Both the position numbers and the translations under genes were made by a program. Of a stretch of 45,573 nt of DNA, positions 30,895 to 39,357 are shown one piece after another (the first letter of the stretch is position 1; each line of letters starts with the position of its first letter). Origin of the DNA: a virus; the IMG/VR virus record IMGVR_UViG_3300035156_000171, positions 1 to 45,573 of that record; one strand, written 5' to 3'. The notes beneath the pieces are model-generated. The model searched no databases. It had not been told where the DNA came from and was given only the letters and a program-made list of their open reading frames with translations.

Positions 30895-32766
30895 GTGGCT
30901 ATTGATCGCGTCGCACTGATCCAGCACGTTCGTTCGTTCGTTCCGGGCGAGCGTCCGGCCGCCATGTACGAAGGGGAAATTTTCTTCAACTTCGGCGATA
31001 AGATCATGCTCGTCGGCGACGGCGGCGCGGTCGATGATCTTCTGCCGATCGGGATTGGCGGGTCGTTTTTCTCCGAGCTTTTCCCGAACCTTATTAGCTT
31101 CAGCCCGGTCAAGGCGAACGGCACGAACAACGACGCCGTGCCGCTCGCGGCGTTTGCCGCGACTGTTCCGTCGATCCATTTCGACAGGGGGGTGGTGCGG
31201 ATTGCGACCGCGATGACGATCAGCAAGCCGATCAAGGTCAGCCCTGGCGCTCGCATCCGCATCGACGGCGTCGTGCTGACGGTCAACGCCGATGTGGAGG
31301 CGATCCCCTACGTTATTTTCGAGTGCGTCAATGGTGGCTCGGTCGTTTTCACCGAAAAGGGGCCGCGCGCCTCCCACGTCGAATGGTGGGGCGCGATCGT
31401 CTCGACCAGCCCGAGCGTGAACGATGGTGCTTCTCCGGCCGCGAATGCCGTCGCGATCAATGCCGCGATCCAGTCCGCGCCCCCGCAAGGCATGATTATC
31501 TACATGCAGCCGGGCTTCTATTGGGTCGATGATACAATCCGCCTGAATAAAAAGAAAGTCGAGCTAATCGGCCAGGGCTATCAATCGACCTATCTTTGGC
31601 ACACGACGAACGATAAGACGATGGTCTTAATCGGAACGGATGTCGCCACCGCGCCGTCGACTTATCCCAACTTCGATAATATCCGCATGACTGACATCTC
31701 GGCGCAGCGCGCAAGCGGCACCGCTATGTTCAACGCGGACTTTCTTCTCGGATCGAAAGGCATTCATATCCAGGGGACGGTGCGGGTTATCTTGACGCGC
31801 GTCGGTTCGGTGTTTTCGCAGTCCTGTTATTATTGGACCCGCACGACAAATTTTACCCCGATCGATTGCAGCGCTGTTTCTACGCCGACGACAGGGCAAA
31901 CGGCATATCTCTGGATGTGCGATTGCCGGCCTGATCCGCTTACGGACGTTCTGCTCGCGGGGCAAAGCTCGAATGCCTCGACGAAGTCGAGCGGCTGTAC
32001 AGCCTCGGCGAACAATAGCGCTGCCGGGGCTGGTACTTCGATTGCGCTCGCGGTGTATGGCCCGTGGTCCGACCAATTCTTCGAGGACTTCGAAAGCGCC
32101 GCCTGCGATTATGGCATGGACATCAACGGTCTTGATGGGACAAACAATCCGATCCGCGTCGATCTGATGTTCTACAATCCCGTATTCGATGGAGTGAAAA
32201 TTGCCGCTCACCGCTGGGGGCAGATGGGCACCCGATCGTCAGCCCGCATAGTTGGCGGGTGGACAGCCTTTCTCGGGTCGGCGGTCGGCCCTGTCGCTGT
32301 CGAAATGAACGCCGCCTTCAACGTGACTTACACCGCGCACGAGGTGACGGGGTGGACGAACGCGACATGCATCGGCTTGAAGCTCGATGCGAATTCCACG
32401 GGCATCATGTTCGGCAATACAAACCTGTTGAGCGATTTGTTCAGCCCCGTCATCGTGAATGCGGCGAACCTCTGTGACATCTCTCCTTGCATCACTGGAT
32501 ATGCTGGCACCAAGGCCACGGCGCAGGCCGCTATCGCGATCTACGCTGGGGCTCGCAACAAGTTCGAGCCGTTCATTCATGGCGTTACCGGGGCGTTCGG
32601 CAACGGCATCGTCGGCGTCGCGGCGGCTCCGACGCACTCCGAATTTAACTTGACCGGCATAAGCCCTGGAGCTCTTGTGGCGTCCAAGCTTTTGCTCAAC
32701 GGCGTCGCCATCCCGACGCGCGGCGATTACGGAACGGCAAACTATGTCACGGGGGTCATGACGTGA
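30895..32766 (+). CDS. Tailspike / receptor-binding protein with a pectate-lyase-like beta-helix (623 aa)
   Basis: GTG start. VKANGTNNDAVPLAAFAA resembles the GDGVTDDTAAIQAA start of Pectate_lyase_3 domains. Followed by many short G/N/T/V-rich repeat-like strands. Confidence 0.65.
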   Translation: MAIDRVALIQHVRSFVPGERPAAMYEGEIFFNFGDKIMLVGDGGAVDDLLPIGIGGSFFSELFPNLISFSPVKANGTNNDAVPLAAFAATVPSIHFDRGVVRIATAMTISKPIKVSPGARIRIDGVVLTVNADVEAIPYVIFECVNGGSVVFTEKGPRASHVEWWGAIVSTSPSVNDGASPAANAVAINAAIQSAPPQGMIIYMQPGFYWVDDTIRLNKKKVELIGQGYQSTYLWHTTNDKTMVLIGTDVATAPSTYPNFDNIRMTDISAQRASGTAMFNADFLLGSKGIHIQGTVRVILTRVGSVFSQSCYYWTRTTNFTPIDCSAVSTPTTGQTAYLWMCDCRPDPLTDVLLAGQSSNASTKSSGCTASANNSAAGAGTSIALAVYGPWSDQFFEDFESAACDYGMDINGLDGTNNPIRVDLMFYNPVFDGVKIAAHRWGQMGTRSSARIVGGWTAFLGSAVGPVAVEMNAAFNVTYTAHEVTGWTNATCIGLKLDANSTGIMFGNTNLLSDLFSPVIVNAANLCDISPCITGYAGTKATAQAAIAIYAGARNKFEPFIHGVTGAFGNGIVGVAAAPTHSEFNLTGISPGALVASKLLLNGVAIPTRGDYGTANYVTGVMT

Positions 32767-32954
32767 TGGCGAAGAAACCGCGCGACCCGGCTCACATCTA
32801 CAGCGAGCCCGCTTCGGATCGAGGAAAGACGCTCAGCGCTCGACCTGGGACGATCGTCGAGAAACACCGGCCGGCTCTGGAGCGCGCAATCGCCATGTCG
32901 GCCGCCTACCGCGAGGCGAACGATCCGCCAGTCGAGAAAGACCCGGATGCCTAA
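32763..32954 (+). CDS. Hypothetical protein (63 aa)
   Basis: ORF in the track, overlapping both neighbours. Confidence 0.4.
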   Translation: MMAKKPRDPAHIYSEPASDRGKTLSARPGTIVEKHRPALERAIAMSAAYREANDPPVEKDPDA

Positions 32955-35046
32955 AAAGCTCCAGGCGTCGTTCACAGGCGGCGAACTCGATCCTAAGCTA
33001 CACGCGCGCGTCGATCTCGCGAAGTATGGCACGGGCGCTGCCCGCATGCTGAACTGGATCGTACACCCCTTCGGGGGCGCGTCGAACCGGCCGGGCCTGG
33101 AATTCGTGGGCCGGGCGTTTGGCGATCAAGACGTTGTTCGACTTGTTGAATTCGAGTTGTCGAACAACGATACGTGCGTGCTGGAATTTTCGAATTTTGC
33201 AATGCGCGTGATCCGTCGCGGCGTGTACGTTCGCACGACCGGCAACGTGATCTATACGCTTGTGACCCCCTATCCAGCGTCAATGTTGTTCGACCTTTCT
33301 TTCCAGCAATCGAACGACGTTCTAACGATTACGACCGTATTTCATCCGCCGACTAGGTTTTCGCGCTTTGCGAACGACAACTGGGTTATCGATCAAACAC
33401 TAGTCGAGGCCCTGGAGGTTGGGCCGATTGGTTTAGTTGGTTCAAACACGCAGAACATCCCACTGCCTCCCGACGTGTATTACGGCGAGACCGAGAACAT
33501 TTACACGGTTACGTTTATCAGTGGCACGACCGGGCGCGAAAGCGTTCCGAGCGGTTCATTGAATATTCTTAACGACATGAACCTTTCCGGGTTTGAGAAT
33601 AACATAGAATGGGACCCTCAGGCCGGCGCGTCCTCTTATCGAATTTATAAACTAAAAGGCGGCGCTTACGGGCTGATAGGCTATCACGATCGACCTATTG
33701 CACCGGGAGATAAAGGTAAATTCGTCGACAAGAACTTTATTCCTGATACGACGCAAGGTTTGCCGCAAGCTAAAGACCCTTACGCGGGGGATGGGAACTA
33801 CCCGAAAACCTCGACGATATTCCAGCAACGCGCGGCGTTCGGCGGGTCTTTGCTCAAACCGAACCGGATTAATCTTTCTCAATCCGGAGATTACAACAAC
33901 TTCAACACGTCTTTTCCGACCCGAGACGGGGATGCGATCGAATTCGCGCTGGCCGCGCGGAAGCGACAGGACGTGCAATTCTTCGTTTCCGTCGAAGACC
34001 TTATCGTGTTCACGACCGGCGGCGAGTGGCGCGTGCGCGGTACAGACGACGGGAGCCTGACGCCGGCCTCGATCGATGCGAAACAACAGTCGTCTTATGG
34101 GTGCGACCCGCGCATTCAGCCGATGATCGTTCAGGACGATATCATTTTCGTCGAGGCCAAGGGCGGGACGGCGCGCTCCATCGCCTATGATTTCGGGTCC
34201 AACAAATACAAGGGCGTGAACCTGTCTCTCCTGGCGGCCCATTTGTTCGAAGGGCGCACGGTCGTGCAAATGGCTTACGCCGGCACGCCGAATTCCACGG
34301 TGCTTCTTGTGATGAGCGACGGCGCAGTGCTGTCTTTCACGTACCTGAAGGAAGAGGAAGTGTTCGCGTGGTGCGAGCATCGGACTGACGGTGTTTTCGA
34401 AAGCGTCGCCGTCGTCGCCGAAGACGATGAAGACGTGCCGTACTTCGTAGTCCGGCGGGTGATCGGTGGCGTCGAGGTGAAGTACGTCGAGCGTCGTCGC
34501 TCGCGTCGCATTTACCGGGCCGACGATGCGTTCTTCATCGACAGCGGGCTTACGTATGAAGGCGCGGCGACGACGACGATTTCCGGGCTCGACCACCTTG
34601 CCGGCAGGTTGGTATCAGGCACGATCGACGGCGTTCCGGTGCGCGACCTTCCGGTTTCCGGCGGCGGCGGCGTCACACTTCCGTTTGCCGGGACGCTCGT
34701 CTCGCTCGGCCTGCCCTATGTCTCCGAGTTGGAAACGCTCGACCTCGACGTTGGGAATGTGGCGCTGAACGGCGAGCTGCGGAACCTGCAAAAGTGCATC
34801 GTCCATGTCGAGCGCTCGTCCGGCCTAGAGTACGGGCCGGGGCGCACGGCCGAGCGGTTCGAATACACGCCGCGCGAGCTGGAGGGAGAAGTCGTGACGG
34901 ACGGCTTGTTCACGGGGAAATTCGAGGCGAAGTTCGACGGCGATTGGAATACGAACGGCCGGATGTTCTTCCAGTGCTCCCTGCTGCCTGTCACAATCCT
35001 CGCCGTAGTGCCGACGTTCGACGCAGGTGGCGACAGTGAGGGATAG
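32947..35046 (+). CDS. Tail tubular protein B / nozzle (699 aa)
   Basis: LQASFTGGELDPKLHARVDLAKYGTGAARMLNWIVHPFGGASNRPGLEFVG is the characteristic N-terminus of podovirus nozzle proteins. Confidence 0.7.
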   Translation: MPKKLQASFTGGELDPKLHARVDLAKYGTGAARMLNWIVHPFGGASNRPGLEFVGRAFGDQDVVRLVEFELSNNDTCVLEFSNFAMRVIRRGVYVRTTGNVIYTLVTPYPASMLFDLSFQQSNDVLTITTVFHPPTRFSRFANDNWVIDQTLVEALEVGPIGLVGSNTQNIPLPPDVYYGETENIYTVTFISGTTGRESVPSGSLNILNDMNLSGFENNIEWDPQAGASSYRIYKLKGGAYGLIGYHDRPIAPGDKGKFVDKNFIPDTTQGLPQAKDPYAGDGNYPKTSTIFQQRAAFGGSLLKPNRINLSQSGDYNNFNTSFPTRDGDAIEFALAARKRQDVQFFVSVEDLIVFTTGGEWRVRGTDDGSLTPASIDAKQQSSYGCDPRIQPMIVQDDIIFVEAKGGTARSIAYDFGSNKYKGVNLSLLAAHLFEGRTVVQMAYAGTPNSTVLLVMSDGAVLSFTYLKEEEVFAWCEHRTDGVFESVAVVAEDDEDVPYFVVRRVIGGVEVKYVERRRSRRIYRADDAFFIDSGLTYEGAATTTISGLDHLAGRLVSGTIDGVPVRDLPVSGGGGVTLPFAGTLVSLGLPYVSELETLDLDVGNVALNGELRNLQKCIVHVERSSGLEYGPGRTAERFEYTPRELEGEVVTDGLFTGKFEAKFDGDWNTNGRMFFQCSLLPVTILAVVPTFDAGGDSEG

Positions 35047-35506
35047 CGGGTTCGTGGTTCGTCGCGCCATCGAGGGCGATGCGGAGGCCCTGGCGGCGAA
35101 CCTGCGGGATGTCGACAGGCGCGAGATAGCCGCGACCTCGCTTGCCGACCCGCTCGCCGCAATCCGGCGGTGTCTCGCGAATTCCGAGAAAACGTGGGTG
35201 GGCGAACTCGACGGCGAGCTGATGTTCGTTTCCGGGATTTCGGATCGCAACTTCATGTCGGCTCGGCGCGCGCCCTGGCTGCTCGGAACGCCGCTGATCG
35301 AGACGCGGCCTTGGCCGTTCCTTCGCTACACAAAGGCGAAGATGCCGGAGCTGATCGCCGCGTATCCACACATGGAGAACCATATCGACGCGCGCTCTAC
35401 GCGCACGATCGCGTGGCTCGCGTGGCTGGGATTTACGATCCATCCGGCGATGCCCTATGGTGCGCTGTCGAGACCGTTTCATCGGTTCACGCTCGGGGGC
35501 CGGTGA
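35027..35506 (+). CDS. T7 gp13-position protein, GNAT-like (159 aa)
   Basis: FVVRRAIEGDAEALAANLRDVDRREI is acetyltransferase-like. Lies between the nozzle and the internal proteins, as T7 gene 13 does. Confidence 0.45.
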   Translation: MATVRDSGFVVRRAIEGDAEALAANLRDVDRREIAATSLADPLAAIRRCLANSEKTWVGELDGELMFVSGISDRNFMSARRAPWLLGTPLIETRPWPFLRYTKAKMPELIAAYPHMENHIDARSTRTIAWLAWLGFTIHPAMPYGALSRPFHRFTLGGR

Positions 35507-35598
35507 TGTCGCGTGACGCTTGGTTGTGGGCGACCATCATCGAAACCGCTCTCGACCTTCTCTTGATCGCCGTCGCGCTGTGGTGGGCCTATGTGTGA
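35506..35598 (+). CDS. Small TM protein (30 aa)
   Basis: ATG overlaps the TGA. MSRDAWLWATIIETALDLLLIAVALWWAYV*. Confidence 0.35.
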   Translation: MSRDAWLWATIIETALDLLLIAVALWWAYV

Positions 35599-36103
35599 AA
35601 TCGCGACACTCTCCCTTGCGGCCGGGCTCCTCGGAACGGGCGTCTCGGCGATTGGCTCGATCCAGCAAGGAAACGCAGCGCGCGACGCGGCCGAATATCA
35701 GGAAGTCGTCGACCGCAACAACTCGATCCTCGGTATACGAGCGGCCAACGATGCGCGGGCGCGCGGCGCGGAGGCCGAGCAAACGCAGCGCCGGAAGAAT
35801 GCCGCAGTGCTCAGTCGCCAGCGGGTGGCGTTCGCCTCGCGCGGCGTCGAACTCGACAGCGGCTCGCCCCTCGACATTCTCGGCGACACGGCGCAATTCG
35901 GCGAACTCGACGCCCTGACGGTGCGCGAGAACGCGGACCGCGAGGCGCGAGGCAGCGAGGCGCAGGCCCGGAATTTCCGGGCGTCCGGCGATCTAGCGCG
36001 GATGCGAGGCGAAAGCGCCGCGTCGGCCGGCGTCACCTCGGCGTTCTCGACGGCGTTGTCCGGCGGGTCGTCCGTGGCCTCGAACTGGTATCGGATGAGG
36101 TGA
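35591..36103 (+). CDS. Internal virion protein, gp14-like (170 aa)
   Basis: MCEIATLSLAAGLLGTGVSAIGSIQQGNAA hydrophobic N-terminus plus an Ala/Arg-rich helical body. Lies before the SLT protein. Confidence 0.6.
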   Translation: MCEIATLSLAAGLLGTGVSAIGSIQQGNAARDAAEYQEVVDRNNSILGIRAANDARARGAEAEQTQRRKNAAVLSRQRVAFASRGVELDSGSPLDILGDTAQFGELDALTVRENADREARGSEAQARNFRASGDLARMRGESAASAGVTSAFSTALSGGSSVASNWYRMR

Positions 36104-36107
36104 ACGG

Positions 36108-39100
36108 GTGGCGATCCAAGTCCAATCCAATGTGAACCGCACGGTCGAAACCGCGCGCGCTCCGAACGAATTTCAGAGCGACGCCGGGGCGATGCCGGAG
36201 GCATTCGGCGCGCTTGAAGGCCGGGCGCTGGCCGGGGCCGGCAACGCGCTCCAGGGTGTCGGCAACGAACTCGCCGCGACCGCGTTCCGCCAGCGCGAGG
36301 AAGACGAAGCGCGCGGCGTTCTCGATGCGAACAACAAGCTCCAGGATGCGAGCCGCCGGTTCAAGTTCGGCGAGGACGGTAACGGCGGCGTGCTGGCCCG
36401 GCAGGGCGAGGCCGCGATCGGGATCACGAAGGACACGCAAGCGTTCTATGCCGAACAGGTGAAGACGCTCGGTTCCGAACTCAAGAGCCCGAAAGCCAAG
36501 CTGCAATTCGACCGGGTCGTGTCGCAACAGCGTGACGCGGACCTCGACGCGACGGCGCGGCGCGAGGCGGACAACCGGCTCAAGGCCGGAGCGGACGTGG
36601 CGAAGGCCACCGTCGAGCGGGCGACGCAGAACGCGATCGACGCGGCCAACGATGACAAGGTCGCGCAAGCGAGCATGAACGTCGGGCTGGCCGCAATACG
36701 TTCGAACATCGCCGGTTCGCCGAAAGAGGTGGTCGACGCCGCTGCGGAAGCGTTCAAGTCCGACCTCCAGACGAAGCGGATCGAGCGCATCGCCGTCGAC
36801 AGCCCTGCTAAGGCAGAGGAGATGTACGGCCGGCTGAAGGGCGACATTCGTGGCGCGGATCACGTCAAGGTCGAGCGGCTCCTGCGCCCGTTGCAGGATC
36901 GTCGCGACGGTCTTGCCGTGGCTGCGGAATACACCGGAAGCCCTGGCCCGGCCGTCCAGCGGCTTGGCGAGGCGGCGACCGCTCCGCAGCCTGTGCGGGT
37001 CTCTGGCGCGAACCTGCCGGCCCTCGTGACCTCGACGGCTTCGGCGGAAAGCAACTTCCGGCCTGGGGCGGTCTCGCCGAAGGGCGCGGCCGGCATCTTC
37101 CAAGTCATGCCGGAGACGGCGCGCGAAATTTCGGCGAAGCTCGGCGACGGCCTGATCGGGCCGAATACGTCGCAAGCGGAAATCAAGCGCATCCTGGCCG
37201 ACAGGGACACGGGCCTCCGGTACGGAACGTCCTATCTGCGGGATCAGCTGGTGCGGTTCGGCGGGGACATTCCGGCTGCGCTCGTCGCATACAACGCCGG
37301 GCCAGCCCGTGCGGAAGAATGGCTCAAGGTTCGCAAGTCGCCGAACGACCTCTCGTCGCTGCCGAAAGAAACCAGGGATTACGTTCCGAAGGTGATGACG
37401 CGGTATGCCGATCTCGACGGTGGATCGCCGGACGTGATCGGCGGCGAGCCGGACGCTTACAGCCTGGTCCGAATGGGCGCGCTGCCGAAGGCCGGCGAGC
37501 GCATGACGCGGCAGAATTGGTCGCTTAAATTTTACAAGGCGGGTGACATGCTGCCGCCGTCCGGCGATGTGGCGGTCGACGCGCGCGCGGCGGTCATGGC
37601 CGATACGCTGGGATCGCGGTTCTTCGAAGCGACCGGAATTCGCGTCCCGATCAACGACGACCGCGAGGGGCCGGGCACTCACGGCAAGCGGCGGGGCGTG
37701 CGCGACCCGCACGACAACCCCGGCGCGAAGGGATCGCAGCATCTTCACGGGCGCGCCTTTGATTTTCAGGTTCAGGCGCTCGACGAAGGGCAGAAAGCCC
37801 TGTTCCTCAAGATGGCGCGCAAGACGGGGTTTTCGGGGGTTGGCTTCTATGACGACGGACCTGGGCATTTGCACTTGGATACGGGCCGCGCGCGGTCGTG
37901 GGGTACGCAGCCCAAATGGGCCGGCGGCGCGATGGGTATCCCGGCGCTCGGGCAATCGGACATGGCCGTACCGGCAACCGTCGGCGGGCTACCTGTCCCC
38001 GCCTCGATGCGTGCTGGAGCGGGCGGCAGAGAAACGGCGGCTCTACGTGCTGTCGCAGCTCGCCCTGCTGGAACGGGCACAAGCTTCCTGCCTCCTGCAC
38101 TGACGCCGGAGGCGCGCGACCTGATCGGCACGCCCGCGCCCACCGTCTCGTCCGTTGCGGCGGGCGCATCGTTCGGCGTCGTGCCGCCGGCCGTGTCGTC
38201 CGCGCTCCGGCTCGGCGATGATTTCGATCCGCAGGCGTGGCGCGATGCGGTGGCGAACGATCCGCGCCTCGACACACCAACGAAGCTGTCGAGCGCGAAG
38301 GCGGCCGTGGAGCGGGAAATCCGGGCGCGTGAGGGCTCGCGAAAGTCGGCGACGCGCGAGCTGCGGAACGAAGGCATCCGGCACGTCCAGGCCGGCGGGT
38401 CGGCCGACGACCTCAAGCCGGAGATTTACAGCGCGCTCGTCGAGCTCGATCCGAAGTTCGTGACTGACACCCTGCCGGCGATGGAAGAACGCATCCGCAA
38501 GCGCAAGGACACGACGGACGAGACGGTGATGTACGGCCTGTCGCAAATGTCGAAAGACGAGCTGGCCGACCTCGACCTGACGAACTATGCGCACAGGCTG
38601 TCGCGCTCGGATTTCGAGAAGTTCGCCGACCGCCAGAACGCGGCTCGATCAGGACGCGCGGCCGACGCCCTCAAGTGGGAGGGGATCGACACGCAAAAGG
38701 CCATCGCGACGAACGCGCTCACGGCGGCCGGGATCGTGGTCGACAAGGACAAGCCGGAGACGGCCGCGCGGGCCGGGCTGTTCATGCAGCGACTGGAGAC
38801 GCGCGTGGCGGCGTTCTCGGCGGAGAACAAACGGGTGATGAAGCCGGCTGAGCTGAGCGAGACGATCGCGAACCTCCTGACGCCTCTGAACCAAGGGGAT
38901 TACACCGGCAAGATGAAATACCTTTTCGAGGCCGGCACGCCGGAGGAAAACGATTTCCGCCGCCGGAACTCGCTGCCGCTGCCGGATGTGGGCCGGACGT
39001 TTCAGCCGGCGCGCAAGCTGGAGGAAGTCCCGCAGGCTTCTCTGCAAACGCTGGTCGACAACCACGCGACGTTGCGCGGGACGACGCCGAACGCGGCGCA

Positions 39101-39344
39101 GTCGATGCAGTATTTCAATGATTACACGGCGCTCTCGGTCGGCCGTGACATCGAACCGTCCGTCGCCGATCGCCGTGAAATCATCGAAGGTTTGCGGAAG
39201 AAGTTCGGGCCGGGTATCCAGAACGATGCGGGTCGACGCGAGGAGCTAGAAGCGAAGGTGCGCGACGTGTACGCTCGCACGCTGCGGGTACTCCTGACGC
39301 CCAAGCCAGCCGCCGCGCCAGCGAGCCCGGCCATACCCTTCTAG
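36108..39344 (+). CDS. Internal virion protein with a lytic transglycosylase (SLT) domain and a peptidase M15-like domain (1,078 aa)
   Basis: GTG start. SAESNFRPGAVSPKGAAGIFQVMPETA (catalytic Glu314 codon at 37047..37049) and YNAGP. GSQHLHGRAFDFQV...GVGFYDDGPGHLHLD (HxxGxAxD...HxH zinc-peptidase pattern). Confidence 0.85.
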   Translation: MAIQVQSNVNRTVETARAPNEFQSDAGAMPEAFGALEGRALAGAGNALQGVGNELAATAFRQREEDEARGVLDANNKLQDASRRFKFGEDGNGGVLARQGEAAIGITKDTQAFYAEQVKTLGSELKSPKAKLQFDRVVSQQRDADLDATARREADNRLKAGADVAKATVERATQNAIDAANDDKVAQASMNVGLAAIRSNIAGSPKEVVDAAAEAFKSDLQTKRIERIAVDSPAKAEEMYGRLKGDIRGADHVKVERLLRPLQDRRDGLAVAAEYTGSPGPAVQRLGEAATAPQPVRVSGANLPALVTSTASAESNFRPGAVSPKGAAGIFQVMPETAREISAKLGDGLIGPNTSQAEIKRILADRDTGLRYGTSYLRDQLVRFGGDIPAALVAYNAGPARAEEWLKVRKSPNDLSSLPKETRDYVPKVMTRYADLDGGSPDVIGGEPDAYSLVRMGALPKAGERMTRQNWSLKFYKAGDMLPPSGDVAVDARAAVMADTLGSRFFEATGIRVPINDDREGPGTHGKRRGVRDPHDNPGAKGSQHLHGRAFDFQVQALDEGQKALFLKMARKTGFSGVGFYDDGPGHLHLDTGRARSWGTQPKWAGGAMGIPALGQSDMAVPATVGGLPVPASMRAGAGGRETAALRAVAARPAGTGTSFLPPALTPEARDLIGTPAPTVSSVAAGASFGVVPPAVSSALRLGDDFDPQAWRDAVANDPRLDTPTKLSSAKAAVEREIRAREGSRKSATRELRNEGIRHVQAGGSADDLKPEIYSALVELDPKFVTDTLPAMEERIRKRKDTTDETVMYGLSQMSKDELADLDLTNYAHRLSRSDFEKFADRQNAARSGRAADALKWEGIDTQKAIATNALTAAGIVVDKDKPETAARAGLFMQRLETRVAAFSAENKRVMKPAELSETIANLLTPLNQGDYTGKMKYLFEAGTPEENDFRRRNSLPLPDVGRTFQPARKLEEVPQASLQTLVDNHATLRGTTPNAAQSMQYFNDYTALSVGRDIEPSVADRREIIEGLRKKFGPGIQNDAGRREELEAKVRDVYARTLRVLLTPKPAAAPASPAIPF

Positions 39345-39357
39345 GATCGGATCGCAC

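Noticed and set aside
36033-37955. 640-aa ORF on the minus strand
   Set aside because: It is antisense to the SLT/M15 internal protein. It is extremely Arg/Pro/Ala-rich with no motifs, which is a typical high-GC antisense frame artefact. The plus-strand frame carries clear catalytic motifs.
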